64,000 nt of DNA, taken from the NCBI GenBank assembly GCA_000004985.1, contig GG738847.1. One strand, 5' to 3'. The DNA comes from Naegleria gruberi (lineage: Eukaryota). A program made the translations under genes and the position numbers. The notes beneath the pieces are model-generated. The model was not told where the DNA came from and did not search any database. It saw nothing but the letters and a program-made list of their open reading frames with translations. Shown here piece after piece: positions 32,801 through 44,800 of the stretch (position 1 is its first letter; each line of letters starts with the position of its first letter).

Positions 32801-35800
32801 NNNNNNNNNNNNNNNNNNNNNNNNNNNNNNNNNNNNNNNNNNNNNNNNNNNNNNNNNNNNNNNNNNNNNNNNNNNNNNNNNNNNNNNNNNNNNNNNNNNN
32901 NNNNNNNNNNNNNNNNNNNNNNNNNNNNNNNNNNNNNNNNNNNNNNNNNNNNNNNNNNNNNNNNNNNNNNNNNNNNNNNNNNNNNNNNNNNNNNNNNNNN
33001 NNNNNNNNNNNNNNNNNNNNNNNNNNNNNNNNNNNNNNNNNNNNNNNNNNNNNNNNNNNNNNNNNNNNNNNNNNNNNNNNNNNNNNNNNNNNNNNNNNNN
33101 NNNNNNNNNNNNNNNNNNNNNNNNNNNNNNNNNNNNNNNNNNNNNNNNNNNNNNNNNNNNNNNNNNNNNNNNNNNNNNNNNNNNNNNNNNNNNNNNNNNN
33201 NNNNNNNNNNNNNNNNNNNNNNNNNNNNNNNNNNNNNNNNNNNNNNNNNNNNNNNNNNNNNNNNNNNNNNNNNNNNNNNNNNNNNNNNNNNNNNNNNNNN
33301 NNNNNNNNNNNNNNNNNNNNNNNNNNNNNNNNNNNNNNNNNNNNNNNNNNNNNNNNNNNNNNNNNNNNNNNNNNNNNNNNNNNNNNNNNNNNNNNNNNNN
33401 NNNNNNNNNNNNNNNNNNNNNNNNNNNNNNNNNNNNNNNNNNNNNNNNNNNNNNNNNNNNNNNNNNNNNNNNNNNNNNNNNNNNNNNNNNNNNNNNNNNN
33501 NNNNNNNNNNNNNNNNNNNNNNNNNNNNNNNNNNNNNNNNNNNNNNNNNNNNNNNNNNNNNNNNNNNNNNNNNNNNNNNNNNNNNNNNNNNNNNNNNNNN
33601 NNNNNNNNNNNNNNNNNNNNNNNNNNNNNNNNNNNNNNNNNNNNNNNNNNNNNNNNNNNNNNNNNNNNNNNNNNNNNNNNNNNNNNNNNNNNNNNNNNNN
33701 NNNNNNNNNNNNNNNNNNNNNNNNNNNNNNNNNNNNNNNNNNNNNNNNNNNNNNNNNNNNNNNNNNNNNNNNNNNNNNNNNNNNNNNNNNNNNNNNNNNN
33801 NNNNNNNNNNNNNNNNNNNNNNNNNNNNNNNNNNNNNNNNNNNNNNNNNNNNNNNNNNNNNNNNNNNNNNNNNNNNNNNNNNNNNNNNNNNNNNNNNNNN
33901 NNNNNNNNNNNNNNNNNNNNNNNNNNNNNNNNNNNNNNNNNNNNNNNNNNNNNNNNNNNNNNNNNNNNNNNNNNNNNNNNNNNNNNNNNNNNNNNNNNNN
34001 NNNNNNNNNNNNNNNNNNNNNNNNNNNNNNNNNNNNNNNNNNNNNNNNNNNNNNNNNNNNNNNNNNNNNNNNNNNNNNNNNNNNNNNNNNNNNNNNNNNN
34101 NNNNNNNNNNNNNNNNNNNNNNNNNNNNNNNNNNNNNNNNNNNNNNNNNNNNNNNNNNNNNNNNNNNNNNNNNNNNNNNNNNNNNNNNNNNNNNNNNNNN
34201 NNNNNNNNNNNNNNNNNNNNNNNNNNNNNNNNNNNNNNNNNNNNNNNNNNNNNNNNNNNNNNNNNNNNNNNNNNNNNNNNNNNNNNNNNNNNNNNNNNNN
34301 NNNNNNNNNNNNNNNNNNNNNNNNNNNNNNNNNNNNNNNNNNNNNNNNNNNNNNNNNNNNNNNNNNNNNNNNNNNNNNNNNNNNNNNNNNNNNNNNNNNN
34401 NNNNNNNNNNNNNNNNNNNNNNNNNNNNNNNNNNNNNNNNNNNNNNNNNNNNNNNNNNNNNNNNNNNNNNNNNNNNNNNNNNNNNNNNNNNNNNNNNNNN
34501 NNNNNNNNNNNNNNNNNNNNNNNNNNNNNNNNNNNNNNNNNNNNNNNNNNNNNNNNNNNNNNNNNNNNNNNNNNNNNNNNNNNNNNNNNNNNNNNNNNNN
34601 NNNNNNNNNNNNNNNNNNNNNNNNNNNNNNNNNNNNNNNNNNNNNNNNNNNNNNNNNNNNNNNNNNNNNNNNNNNNNNNNNNNNNNNNNNNNNNNNNNNN
34701 NNNNNNNNNNNNNNNNNNNNNNNNNNNNNNNNNNNNNNNNNNNNNNNNNNNNNNNNNNNNNNNNNNNNNNNNNNNNNNNNNNNNNNNNNNNNNNNNNNNN
34801 NNNNNNNNNNNNNNNNNNNNNNNNNNNNNNNNNNNNNNNNNNNNNNNNNNNNNNNNNNNNNNNNNNNNNNNNNNNNNNNNNNNNNNNNNNNNNNNNNNNN
34901 NNNNNNNNNNNNNNNNNNNNNNNNNNNNNNNNNNNNNNNNNNNNNNNNNNNNNNNNNNNNNNNNNNNNNNNNNNNNNNNNNNNNNNNNNNNNNNNNNNNN
35001 NNNNNNNNNNNNNNNNNNNNNNNNNNNNNNNNNNNNNNNNNNNNNNNNNNNNNNNNNNNNNNNNNNNNNNNNNNNNNNNNNNNNNNNNNNNNNNNNNNNN
35101 NNNNNNNNNNNNNNNNNNNNNNNNNNNNNNNNNNNNNNNNNNNNNNNNNNNNNNNNNNNNNNNNNNNNNNNNNNNNNNNNNNNNNNNNNNNNNNNNNNNN
35201 NNNNNNNNNNNNNNNNNNNNNNNNNNNNNNNNNNNNNNNNNNNNNNNNNNNNNNNNNNNNNNNNNNNNNNNNNNNNNNNNNNNNNNNNNNNNNNNNNNNN
35301 NNNNNNNNNNNNNNNNNNNNNNNNNNNNNNNNNNNNNNNNNNNNNNNNNNNNNNNNNNNNNNNNNNNNNNNNNNNNNNNNNNNNNNNNNNNNNNNNNNNN
35401 NNNNNNNNNNNNNNNNNNNNNNNNNNNNNNNNNNNNNNNNNNNNNNNNNNNNNNNNNNNNNNNNNNNNNNNNNNNNNNNNNNNNNNNNNNNNNNNNNNNN
35501 NNNNNNNNNNNNNNNNNNNNNNNNNNNNNNNNNNNNNNNNNNNNNNNNNNNNNNNNNNNNNNNNNNNNNNNNNNNNNNNNNNNNNNNNNNNNNNNNNNNN
35601 NNNNNNNNNNNNNNNNNNNNNNNNNNNNNNNNNNNNNNNNNNNNNNNNNNNNNNNNNNNNNNNNNNNNNNNNNNNNNNNNNNNNNNNNNNNNNNNNNNNN
35701 NNNNNNNNNNNNNNNNNNNNNNNNNNNNNNNNNNNNNNNNNNNNNNNNNNNNNNNNNNNNNNNNNNNNNNNNNNNNNNNNNNNNNNNNNNNNNNNNNNNN

Positions 35801-38800
35801 NNNNNNNNNNNNNNNNNNNNNNNNNNNNNNNNNNNNNNNNNNNNNNNNNNNNNNNNNNNNNNNNNNNNNNNNNNNNNNNNNNNNNNNNNNNNNNNNNNNN
35901 NNNNNNNNNNNNNNNNNNNNNNNNNNNNNNNNNNNNNNNNNNNNNNNNNNNNNNNNNNNNNNNNNNNNNNNNNNNNNNNNNNNNNNNNNNNNNNNNNNNN
36001 NNNNNNNNNNNNNNNNNNNNNNNNNNNNNNNNNNNNNNNNNNNNNNNNNNNNNNNNNNNNNNNNNNNNNNNNNNNNNNNNNNNNNNNNNNNNNNNNNNNN
36101 NNNNNNNNNNNNNNNNNNNNNNNNNNNNNNNNNNNNNNNNNNNNNNNNNNNNNNNNNNNNNNNNNNNNNNNNNNNNNNNNNNNNNNNNNNNNNNNNNNNN
36201 NNNNNNNNNNNNNNNNNNNNNNNNNNNNNNNNNNNNNNNNNNNNNNNNNNNNNNNNNNNNNNNNNNNNNNNNNNNNNNNNNNNNNNNNNNNNNNNNNNNN
36301 NNNNNNNNNNNNNNNNNNNNNNNNNNNNNNNNNNNNNNNNNNNNNNNNNNNNNNNNNNNNNNNNNNNNNNNNNNNNNNNNNNNNNNNNNNNNNNNNNNNN
36401 NNNNNNNNNNNNNNNNNNNNNNNNNNNNNNNNNNNNNNNNNNNNNNNNNNNNNNNNNNNNNNNNNNNNNNNNNNNNNNNNNNNNNNNNNNNNNNNNNNNN
36501 NNNNNNNNNNNNNNNNNNNNNNNNNNNNNNNNNNNNNNNNNNNNNNNNNNNNNNNNNNNNNNNNNNNNNNNNNNNNNNNNNNNNNNNNNNNNNNNNNNNN
36601 NNNNNNNNNNNNNNNNNNNNNNNNNNNNNNNNNNNNNNNNNNNNNNNNNNNNNNNNNNNNNNNNNNNNNNNNNNNNNNNNNNNNNNNNNNNNNNNNNNNN
36701 NNNNNNNNNNNNNNNNNNNNNNNNNNNNNNNNNNNNNNNNNNNNNNNNNNNNNNNNNNNNNNNNNNNNNNNNNNNNNNNNNNNNNNNNNNNNNNNNNNNN
36801 NNNNNNNNNNNNNNNNNNNNNNNNNNNNNNNNNNNNNNNNNNNNNNNNNNNNNNNNNNNNNNNNNNNNNNNNNNNNNNNNNNNNNNNNNNNNNNNNNNNN
36901 NNNNNNNNNNNNNNNNNNNNNNNNNNNNNNNNNNNNNNNNNNNNNNNNNNNNNNNNNNNNNNNNNNNNNNNNNNNNNNNNNNNNNNNNNNNNNNNNNNNN
37001 NNNNNNNNNNNNNNNNNNNNNNNNNNNNNNNNNNNNNNNNNNNNNNNNNNNNNNNNNNNNNNNNNNNNNNNNNNNNNNNNNNNNNNNNNNNNNNNNNNNN
37101 NNNNNNNNNNNNNNNNNNNNNNNNNNNNNNNNNNNNNNNNNNNNNNNNNNNNNNNNNNNNNNNNNNNNNNNNNNNNNNNNNNNNNNNNNNNNNNNNNNNN
37201 NNNNNNNNNNNNNNNNNNNNNNNNNNNNNNNNNNNNNNNNNNNNNNNNNNNNNNNNNNNNNNNNNNNNNNNNNNNNNNNNNNNNNNNNNNNNNNNNNNNN
37301 NNNNNNNNNNNNNNNNNNNNNNNNNNNNNNNNNNNNNNNNNNNNNNNNNNNNNNNNNNNNNNNNNNNNNNNNNNNNNNNNNNNNNNNNNNNNNNNNNNNN
37401 NNNNNNNNNNNNNNNNNNNNNNNNNNNNNNNNNNNNNNNNNNNNNNNNNNNNNNNNNNNNNNNNNNNNNNNNNNNNNNNNNNNNNNNNNNNNNNNNNNNN
37501 NNNNNNNNNNNNNNNNNNNNNNNNNNNNNNNNNNNNNNNNNNNNNNNNNNNNNNNNNNNNNNNNNNNNNNNNNNNNNNNNNNNNNNNNNNNNNNNNNNNN
37601 NNNNNNNNNNNNNNNNNNNNNNNNNNNNNNNNNNNNNNNNNNNNNNNNNNNNNNNNNNNNNNNNNNNNNNNNNNNNNNNNNNNNNNNNNNNNNNNNNNNN
37701 NNNNNNNNNNNNNNNNNNNNNNNNNNNNNNNNNNNNNNNNNNNNNNNNNNNNNNNNNNNNNNNNNNNNNNNNNNNNNNNNNNNNNNNNNNNNNNNNNNNN
37801 NNNNNNNNNNNNNNNNNNNNNNNNNNNNNNNNNNNNNNNNNNNNNNNNNNNNNNNNNNNNNNNNNNNNNNNNNNNNNNNNNNNNNNNNNNNNNNNNNNNN
37901 NNNNNNNNNNNNNNNNNNNNNNNNNNNNNNNNNNNNNNNNNNNNNNNNNNNNNNNNNNNNNNNNNNNNNNNNNNNNNNNNNNNNNNNNNNNNNNNNNNNN
38001 NNNNNNNNNNNNNNNNNNNNNNNNNNNNNNNNNNNNNNNNNNNNNNNNNNNNNNNNNNNNNNNNNNNNNNNNNNNNNNNNNNNNNNNNNNNNNNNNNNNN
38101 NNNNNNNNNNNNNNNNNNNNNNNNNNNNNNNNNNNNNNNNNNNNNNNNNNNNNNNNNNNNNNNNNNNNNNNNNNNNNNNNNNNNNNNNNNNNNNNNNNNN
38201 NNNNNNNNNNNNNNNNNNNNNNNNNNNNNNNNNNNNNNNNNNNNNNNNNNNNNNNNNNNNNNNNNNNNNNNNNNNNNNNNNNNNNNNNNNNNNNNNNNNN
38301 NNNNNNNNNNNNNNNNNNNNNNNNNNNNNNNNNNNNNNNNNNNNNNNNNNNNNNNNNNNNNNNNNNNNNNNNNNNNNNNNNNNNNNNNNNNNNNNNNNNN
38401 NNNNNNNNNNNNNNNNNNNNNNNNNNNNNNNNNNNNNNNNNNNNNNNNNNNNNNNNNNNNNNNNNNNNNNNNNNNNNNNNNNNNNNNNNNNNNNNNNNNN
38501 NNNNNNNNNNNNNNNNNNNNNNNNNNNNNNNNNNNNNNNNNNNNNNNNNNNNNNNNNNNNNNNNNNNNNNNNNNNNNNNNNNNNNNNNNNNNNNNNNNNN
38601 NNNNNNNNNNNNNNNNNNNNNNNNNNNNNNNNNNNNNNNNNNNNNNNNNNNNNNNNNNNNNNNNNNNNNNNNNNNNNNNNNNNNNNNNNNNNNNNNNNNN
38701 NNNNNNNNNNNNNNNNNNNNNNNNNNNNNNNNNNNNNNNNNNNNNNNNNNNNNNNNNNNNNNNNNNNNNNNNNNNNNNNNNNNNNNNNNNNNNNNNNNNN

Positions 38801-41800
38801 NNNNNNNNNNNNNNNNNNNNNNNNNNNNNNNNNNNNNNNNNNNNNNNNNNNNNNNNNNNNNNNNNNNNNNNNNNNNNNNNNNNNNNNNNNNNNNNNNNNN
38901 NNNNNNNNNNNNNNNNNNNNNNNNNNNNNNNNNNNNNNNNNNNNNNNNNNNNNNNNNNNNNNNNNNNNNNNNNNNNNNNNNNNNNNNNNNNNNNNNNNNN
39001 NNNNNNNNNNNNNNNNNNNNNNNNNNNNNNNNNNNNNNNNNNNNNNNNNNNNNNNNNNNNNNNNNNNNNNNNNNNNNNNNNNNNNNNNNNNNNNNNNNNN
39101 NNNNNNNNNNNNNNNNNNNNNNNNNNNNNNNNNNNNNNNNNNNNNNNNNNNNNNNNNNNNNNNNNNNNNNNNNNNNNNNNNNNNNNNNNNNNNNNNNNNN
39201 NNNNNNNNNNNNNNNNNNNNNNNNNNNNNNNNNNNNNNNNNNNNNNNNNNNNNNNNNNNNNNNNNNNNNNNNNNNNNNNNNNNNNNNNNNNNNNNNNNNN
39301 NNNNNNNNNNNNNNNNNNNNNNNNNNNNNNNNNNNNNNNNNNNNNNNNNNNNNNNNNNNNNNNNNNNNNNNNNNNNNNNNNNNNNNNNNNNNNNNNNNNN
39401 NNNNNNNNNNNNNNNNNNNNNNNNNNNNNNNNNNNNNNNNNNNNNNNNNNNNNNNNNNNNNNNNNNNNNNNNNNNNNNNNNNNNNNNNNNNNNNNNNNNN
39501 NNNNNNNNNNNNNNNNNNNNNNNNNNNNNNNNNNNNNNNNNNNNNNNNNNNNNNNNNNNNNNNNNNNNNNNNNNNNNNNNNNNNNNNNNNNNNNNNNNNN
39601 NNNNNNNNNNNNNNNNNNNNNNNNNNNNNNNNNNNNNNNNNNNNNNNNNNNNNNNNNNNNNNNNNNNNNNNNNNNNNNNNNNNNNNNNNNNNNNNNNNNN
39701 NNNNNNNNNNNNNNNNNNNNNNNNNNNNNNNNNNNNNNNNNNNNNNNNNNNNNNNNNNNNNNNNNNNNNNNNNNNNNNNNNNNNNNNNNNNNNNNNNNNN
39801 NNNNNNNNNNNNNNNNNNNNNNNNNNNNNNNNNNNNNNNNNNNNNNNNNNNNNNNNNNNNNNNNNNNNNNNNNNNNNNNNNNNNNNNNNNNNNNNNNNNN
39901 NNNNNNNNNNNNNNNNNNNNNNNNNNNNNNNNNNNNNNNNNNNNNNNNNNNNNNNNNNNNNNNNNNNNNNNNNNNNNNNNNNNNNNNNNNNNNNNNNNNN
40001 NNNNNNNNNNNNNNNNNNNNNNNNNNNNNNNNNNNNNNNNNNNNNNNNNNNNNNNNNNNNNNNNNNNNNNNNNNNNNNNNNNNNNNNNNNNNNNNNNNNN
40101 NNNNNNNNNNNNNNNNNNNNNNNNNNNNNNNNNNNNNNNNNNNNNNNNNNNNNNNNNNNNNNNNNNNNNNNNNNNNNNNNNNNNNNNNNNNNNNNNNNNN
40201 NNNNNNNNNNNNNNNNNNNNNNNNNNNNNNNNNNNNNNNNNNNNNNNNNNNNNNNNNNNNNNNNNNNNNNNNNNNNNNNNNNNNNNNNNNNNNNNNNNNN
40301 NNNNNNNNNNNNNNNNNNNNNNNNNNNNNNNNNNNNNNNNNNNNNNNNNNNNNNNNNNNNNNNNNNNNNNNNNNNNNNNNNNNNNNNNNNNNNNNNNNNN
40401 NNNNNNNNNNNNNNNNNNNNNNNNNNNNNNNNNNNNNNNNNNNNNNNNNNNNNNNNNNNNNNNNNNNNNNNNNNNNNNNNNNNNNNNNNNNNNNNNNNNN
40501 NNNNNNNNNNNNNNNNNNNNNNNNNNNNNNNNNNNNNNNNNNNNNNNNNNNNNNNNNNNNNNNNNNNNNNNNNNNNNNNNNNNNNNNNNNNNNNNNNNNN
40601 NNNNNNNNNNNNNNNNNNNNNNNNNNNNNNNNNNNNNNNNNNNNNNNNNNNNNNNNNNNNNNNNNNNNNNNNNNNNNNNNNNNNNNNNNNNNNNNNNNNN
40701 NNNNNNNNNNNNNNNNNNNNNNNNNNNNNNNNNNNNNNNNNNNNNNNNNNNNNNNNNNNNNNNNNNNNNNNNNNNNNNNNNNNNNNNNNNNNNNNNNNNN
40801 NNNNNNNNNNNNNNNNNNNNNNNNNNNNNNNNNNNNNNNNNNNNNNNNNNNNNNNNNNNNNNNNNNNNNNNNNNNNNNNNNNNNNNNNNNNNNNNNNNNN
40901 NNNNNNNNNNNNNNNNNNNNNNNNNNNNNNNNNNNNNNNNNNNNNNNNNNNNNNNNNNNNNNNNNNNNNNNNNNNNNNNNNNNNNNNNNNNNNNNNNNNN
41001 NNNNNNNNNNNNNNNNNNNNNNNNNNNNNNNNNNNNNNNNNNNNNNNNNNNNNNNNNNNNNNNNNNNNNNNNNNNNNNNNNNNNNNNNNNNNNNNNNNNN
41101 NNNNNNNNNNNNNNNNNNNNNNNNNNNNNNNNNNNNNNNNNNNNNNNNNNNNNNNNNNNNNNNNNNNNNNNNNNNNNNNNNNNNNNNNNNNNNNNNNNNN
41201 NNNNNNNNNNNNNNNNNNNNNNNNNNNNNNNNNNNNNNNNNNNNNNNNNNNNNNNNNNNNNNNNNNNNNNNNNNNNNNNNNNNNNNNNNNNNNNNNNNNN
41301 NNNNNNNNNNNNNNNNNNNNNNNNNNNNNNNNNNNNNNNNNNNNNNNNNNNNNNNNNNNNNNNNNNNNNNNNNNNNNNNNNNNNNNNNNNNNNNNNNNNN
41401 NNNNNNNNNNNNNNNNNNNNNNNNNNNNNNNNNNNNNNNNNNNNNNNNNNNNNNNNNNNNNNNNNNNNNNNNNNNNNNNNNNNNNNNNNNNNNNNNNNNN
41501 NNNNNNNNNNNNNNNNNNNNNNNNNNNNNNNNNNNNNNNNNNNNNNNNNNNNNNNNNNNNNNNNNNNNNNNNNNNNNNNNNNNNNNNNNNNNNNNNNNNN
41601 NNNNNNNNNNNNNNNNNNNNNNNNNNNNNNNNNNNNNNNNNNNNNNNNNNNNNNNNNNNNNNNNNNNNNNNNNNNNNNNNNNNNNNNNNNNNNNNNNNNN
41701 NNNNNNNNNNNNNNNNNNNNNNNNNNNNNNNNNNNNNNNNNNNNNNNNNNNNNNNNNNNNNNNNNNNNNNNNNNNNNNNNNNNNNNNNNNNNNNNNNNNN

Positions 41801-44800
41801 NNNNNNNNNNNNNNNNNNNNNNNNNNNNNNNNNNNNNNNNNNNNNNNNNNNNNNNNNNNNNNNNNNNNNNNNNNNNNNNNNNNNNNNNNNNNNNNNNNNN
41901 NNNNNNNNNNNNNNNNNNNNNNNNNNNNNNNNNNNNNNNNNNNNNNNNNNNNNNNNNNNNNNNNNNNNNNNNNNNNNNNNNNNNNNNNNNNNNNNNNNNN
42001 NNNNNNNNNNNNNNNNNNNNNNNNNNNNNNNNNNNNNNNNNNNNNNNNNNNNNNNNNNNNNNNNNNNNNNNNNNNNNNNNNNNNNNNNNNNNNNNNNNNN
42101 NNNNNNNNNNNNNNNNNNNNNNNNNNNNNNNNNNNNNNNNNNNNNNNNNNNNNNNNNNNNNNNNNNNNNNNNNNNNNNNNNNNNNNNNNNNNNNNNNNNN
42201 NNNNNNNNNNNNNNNNNNNNNNNNNNNNNNNNNNNNNNNNNNNNNNNNNNNNNNNNNNNNNNNNNNNNNNNNNNNNNNNNNNNNNNNNNNNNNNNNNNNN
42301 NNNNNNNNNNNNNNNNNNNNNNNNNNNNNNNNNNNNNNNNNNNNNNNNNNNNNNNNNNNNNNNNNNNNNNNNNNNNNNNNNNNNNNNNNNNNNNNNNNNN
42401 NNNNNNNNNNNNNNNNNNNNNNNNNNNNNNNNNNNNNNNNNNNNNNNNNNNNNNNNNNNNNNNNNNNNNNNNNNNNNNNNNNNNNNNNNNNNNNNNNNNN
42501 NNNNNNNNNNNNNNNNNNNNNNNNNNNNNNNNNNNNNNNNNNNNNNNNNNNNNNNNNNNNNNNNNNNNNNNNNNNNNNNNNNNNNNNNNNNNNNNNNNNN
42601 NNNNNNNNNNNNNNNNNNNNNNNNNNNNNNNNNNNNNNNNNNNNNNNNNNNNNNNNNNNNNNNNNNNNNNNNNNNNNNNNNNNNNNNNNNNNNNNNNNNN
42701 NNNNNNNNNNNNNNNNNNNNNNNNNNNNNNNNNNNNNNNNNNNNNNNNNNNNNNNNNNNNNNNNNNNNNNNNNNNNNNNNNNNNNNNNNNNNNNNNNNNN
42801 NNNNNNNNNNNNNNNNNNNNNNNNNNNNNNNNNNNNNNNNNNNNNNNNNNNNNNNNNNNNNNNNNNNNNNNNNNNNNNNNNNNNNNNNNNNNNNNNNNNN
42901 NNNNNNNNNNNNNNNNNNNNNNNNNNNNNNNNNNNNNNNNNNNNNNNNNNNNNNNNNNNNNNNNNNNNNNNNNNNNNNNNNNNNNNNNNNNNNNNNNNNN
43001 NNNNNNNNNNNNNNNNNNNNNNNNNNNNNNNNNNNNNNNNNNNNNNNNNNNNNNNNNNNNNNNNNNNNNNNNNNNNNNNNNNNNNNNNNNNNNNNNNNNN
43101 NNNNNNNNNNNNNNNNNNNNNNNNNNNNNNNNNNNNNNNNNNNNNNNNNNNNNNNNNNNNNNNNNNNNNNNNNNNNNNNNNNNNNNNNNNNNNNNNNNNN
43201 NNNNNNNNNNNNNNNNNNNNNNNNNNNNNNNNNNNNNNNNNNNNNNNNNNNNNNNNNNNNNNNNNNNNNNNNNNNNNNNNNNNNNNNNNNNNNNNNNNNN
43301 NNNNNNNNNNNNNNNNNNNNNNNNNNNNNNNNNNNNNNNNNNNNNNNNNNNNNNNNNNNNNNNNNNNNNNNNNNNNNNNNNNNNNNNNNNNNNNNNNNNN
43401 NNNNNNNNNNNNNNNNNNNNNNNNNNNNNNNNNNNNNNNNNNNNNNNNNNNNNNNNNNNNNNNNNNNNNNNNNNNNNNNNNNNNNNNNNNNNNNNNNNNN
43501 NNNNNNNNNNNNNNNNNNNNNNNNNNNNNNNNNNNNNNNNNNNNNNNNNNNNNNNNNNNNNNNNNNNNNNNNNNNNNNNNNNNNNNNNNNNNNNNNNNNN
43601 NNNNNNNNNNNNNNNNNNNNNNNNNNNNNNNNNNNNNNNNNNNNNNNNNNNNNNNNNNNNNNNNNNNNNNNNNNNNNNNNNNNNNNNNNNNNNNNNNNNN
43701 NNNNNNNNNNNNNNNNNNNNNNNNNNNNNNNNNNNNNNNNNNNNNNNNNNNNNNNNNNNNNNNNNNNNNNNNNNNNNNNNNNNNNNNNNNNNNNNNNNNN
43801 NNNNNNNNNNNNNNNNNNNNNNNNNNNNNNNNNNNNNNNNNNNNNNNNNNNNNNNNNNNNNNNNNNNNNNNNNNNNNNNNNNNNNNNNNNNNNNNNNNNN
43901 NNNNNNNNNNNNNNNNNNNNNNNNNNNNNNNNNNNNNNNNNNNNNNNNNNNNNNNNNNNNNNNNNNNNNNNNNNNNNNNNNNNNNNNNNNNNNNNNNNNN
44001 NNNNNNNNNNNNNNNNNNNNNNNNNNNNNNNNNNNNNNNNNNNNNNNNNNNNNNNNNNNNNNNNNNNNNNNNNNNNNNNNNNNNNNNNNNNNNNNNNNNN
44101 NNNNNNNNNNNNNNNNNNNNNNNNNNNNNNNNNNNNNNNNNNNNNNNNNNNNNNNNNNNNNNNNNNNNNNNNNNNNNNNNNNNNNNNNNNNNNNNNNNNN
44201 NNNNNNNNNNNNNNNNNNNNNNNNNNNNNNNNNNNNNNNNNNNNNNNNNNNNNNNNNNNNNNNNNNNNNNNNNNNNNNNNNNNNNNNNNNNNNNNNNNNN
44301 NNNNNNNNNNNNNNNNNNNNNNNNNNNNNNNNNNNNNNNNNNNNNNNNNNNNNNNNNNNNNNNNNNNNNNNNNNNNNNNNNNNNNNNNNNNNNNNNNNNN
44401 NNNNNNNNNNNNNNNNNNNNNNNNNNNNNNNNNNNNNNNNNNNNNNNNNNNNNNNNNNNNNNNNNNNNNNNNNNNNNNNNNNNNNNNNNNNNNNNNNNNN
44501 NNNNNNNNNNNNNNNNNNNNNNNNNNNNNNNNNNNNNNNNNNNNNNNNNNNNNNNNNNNNNNNNNNNNNNNNNNNNNNNNNNNNNNNNNNNNNNNNNNNN
44601 NNNNNNNNNNNNNNNNNNNNNNNNNNNNNNNNNNNNNNNNNNNNNNNNNNNNNNNNNNNNNNNNNNNNNNNNNNNNNNNNNNNNNNNNNNNNNNNNNNNN
44701 NNNNNNNNNNNNNNNNNNNNNNNNNNNNNNNNNNNNNNNNNNNNNNNNNNNNNNNNNNNNNNNNNNNNNNNNNNNNNNNNNNNNNNNNNNNNNNNNNNNN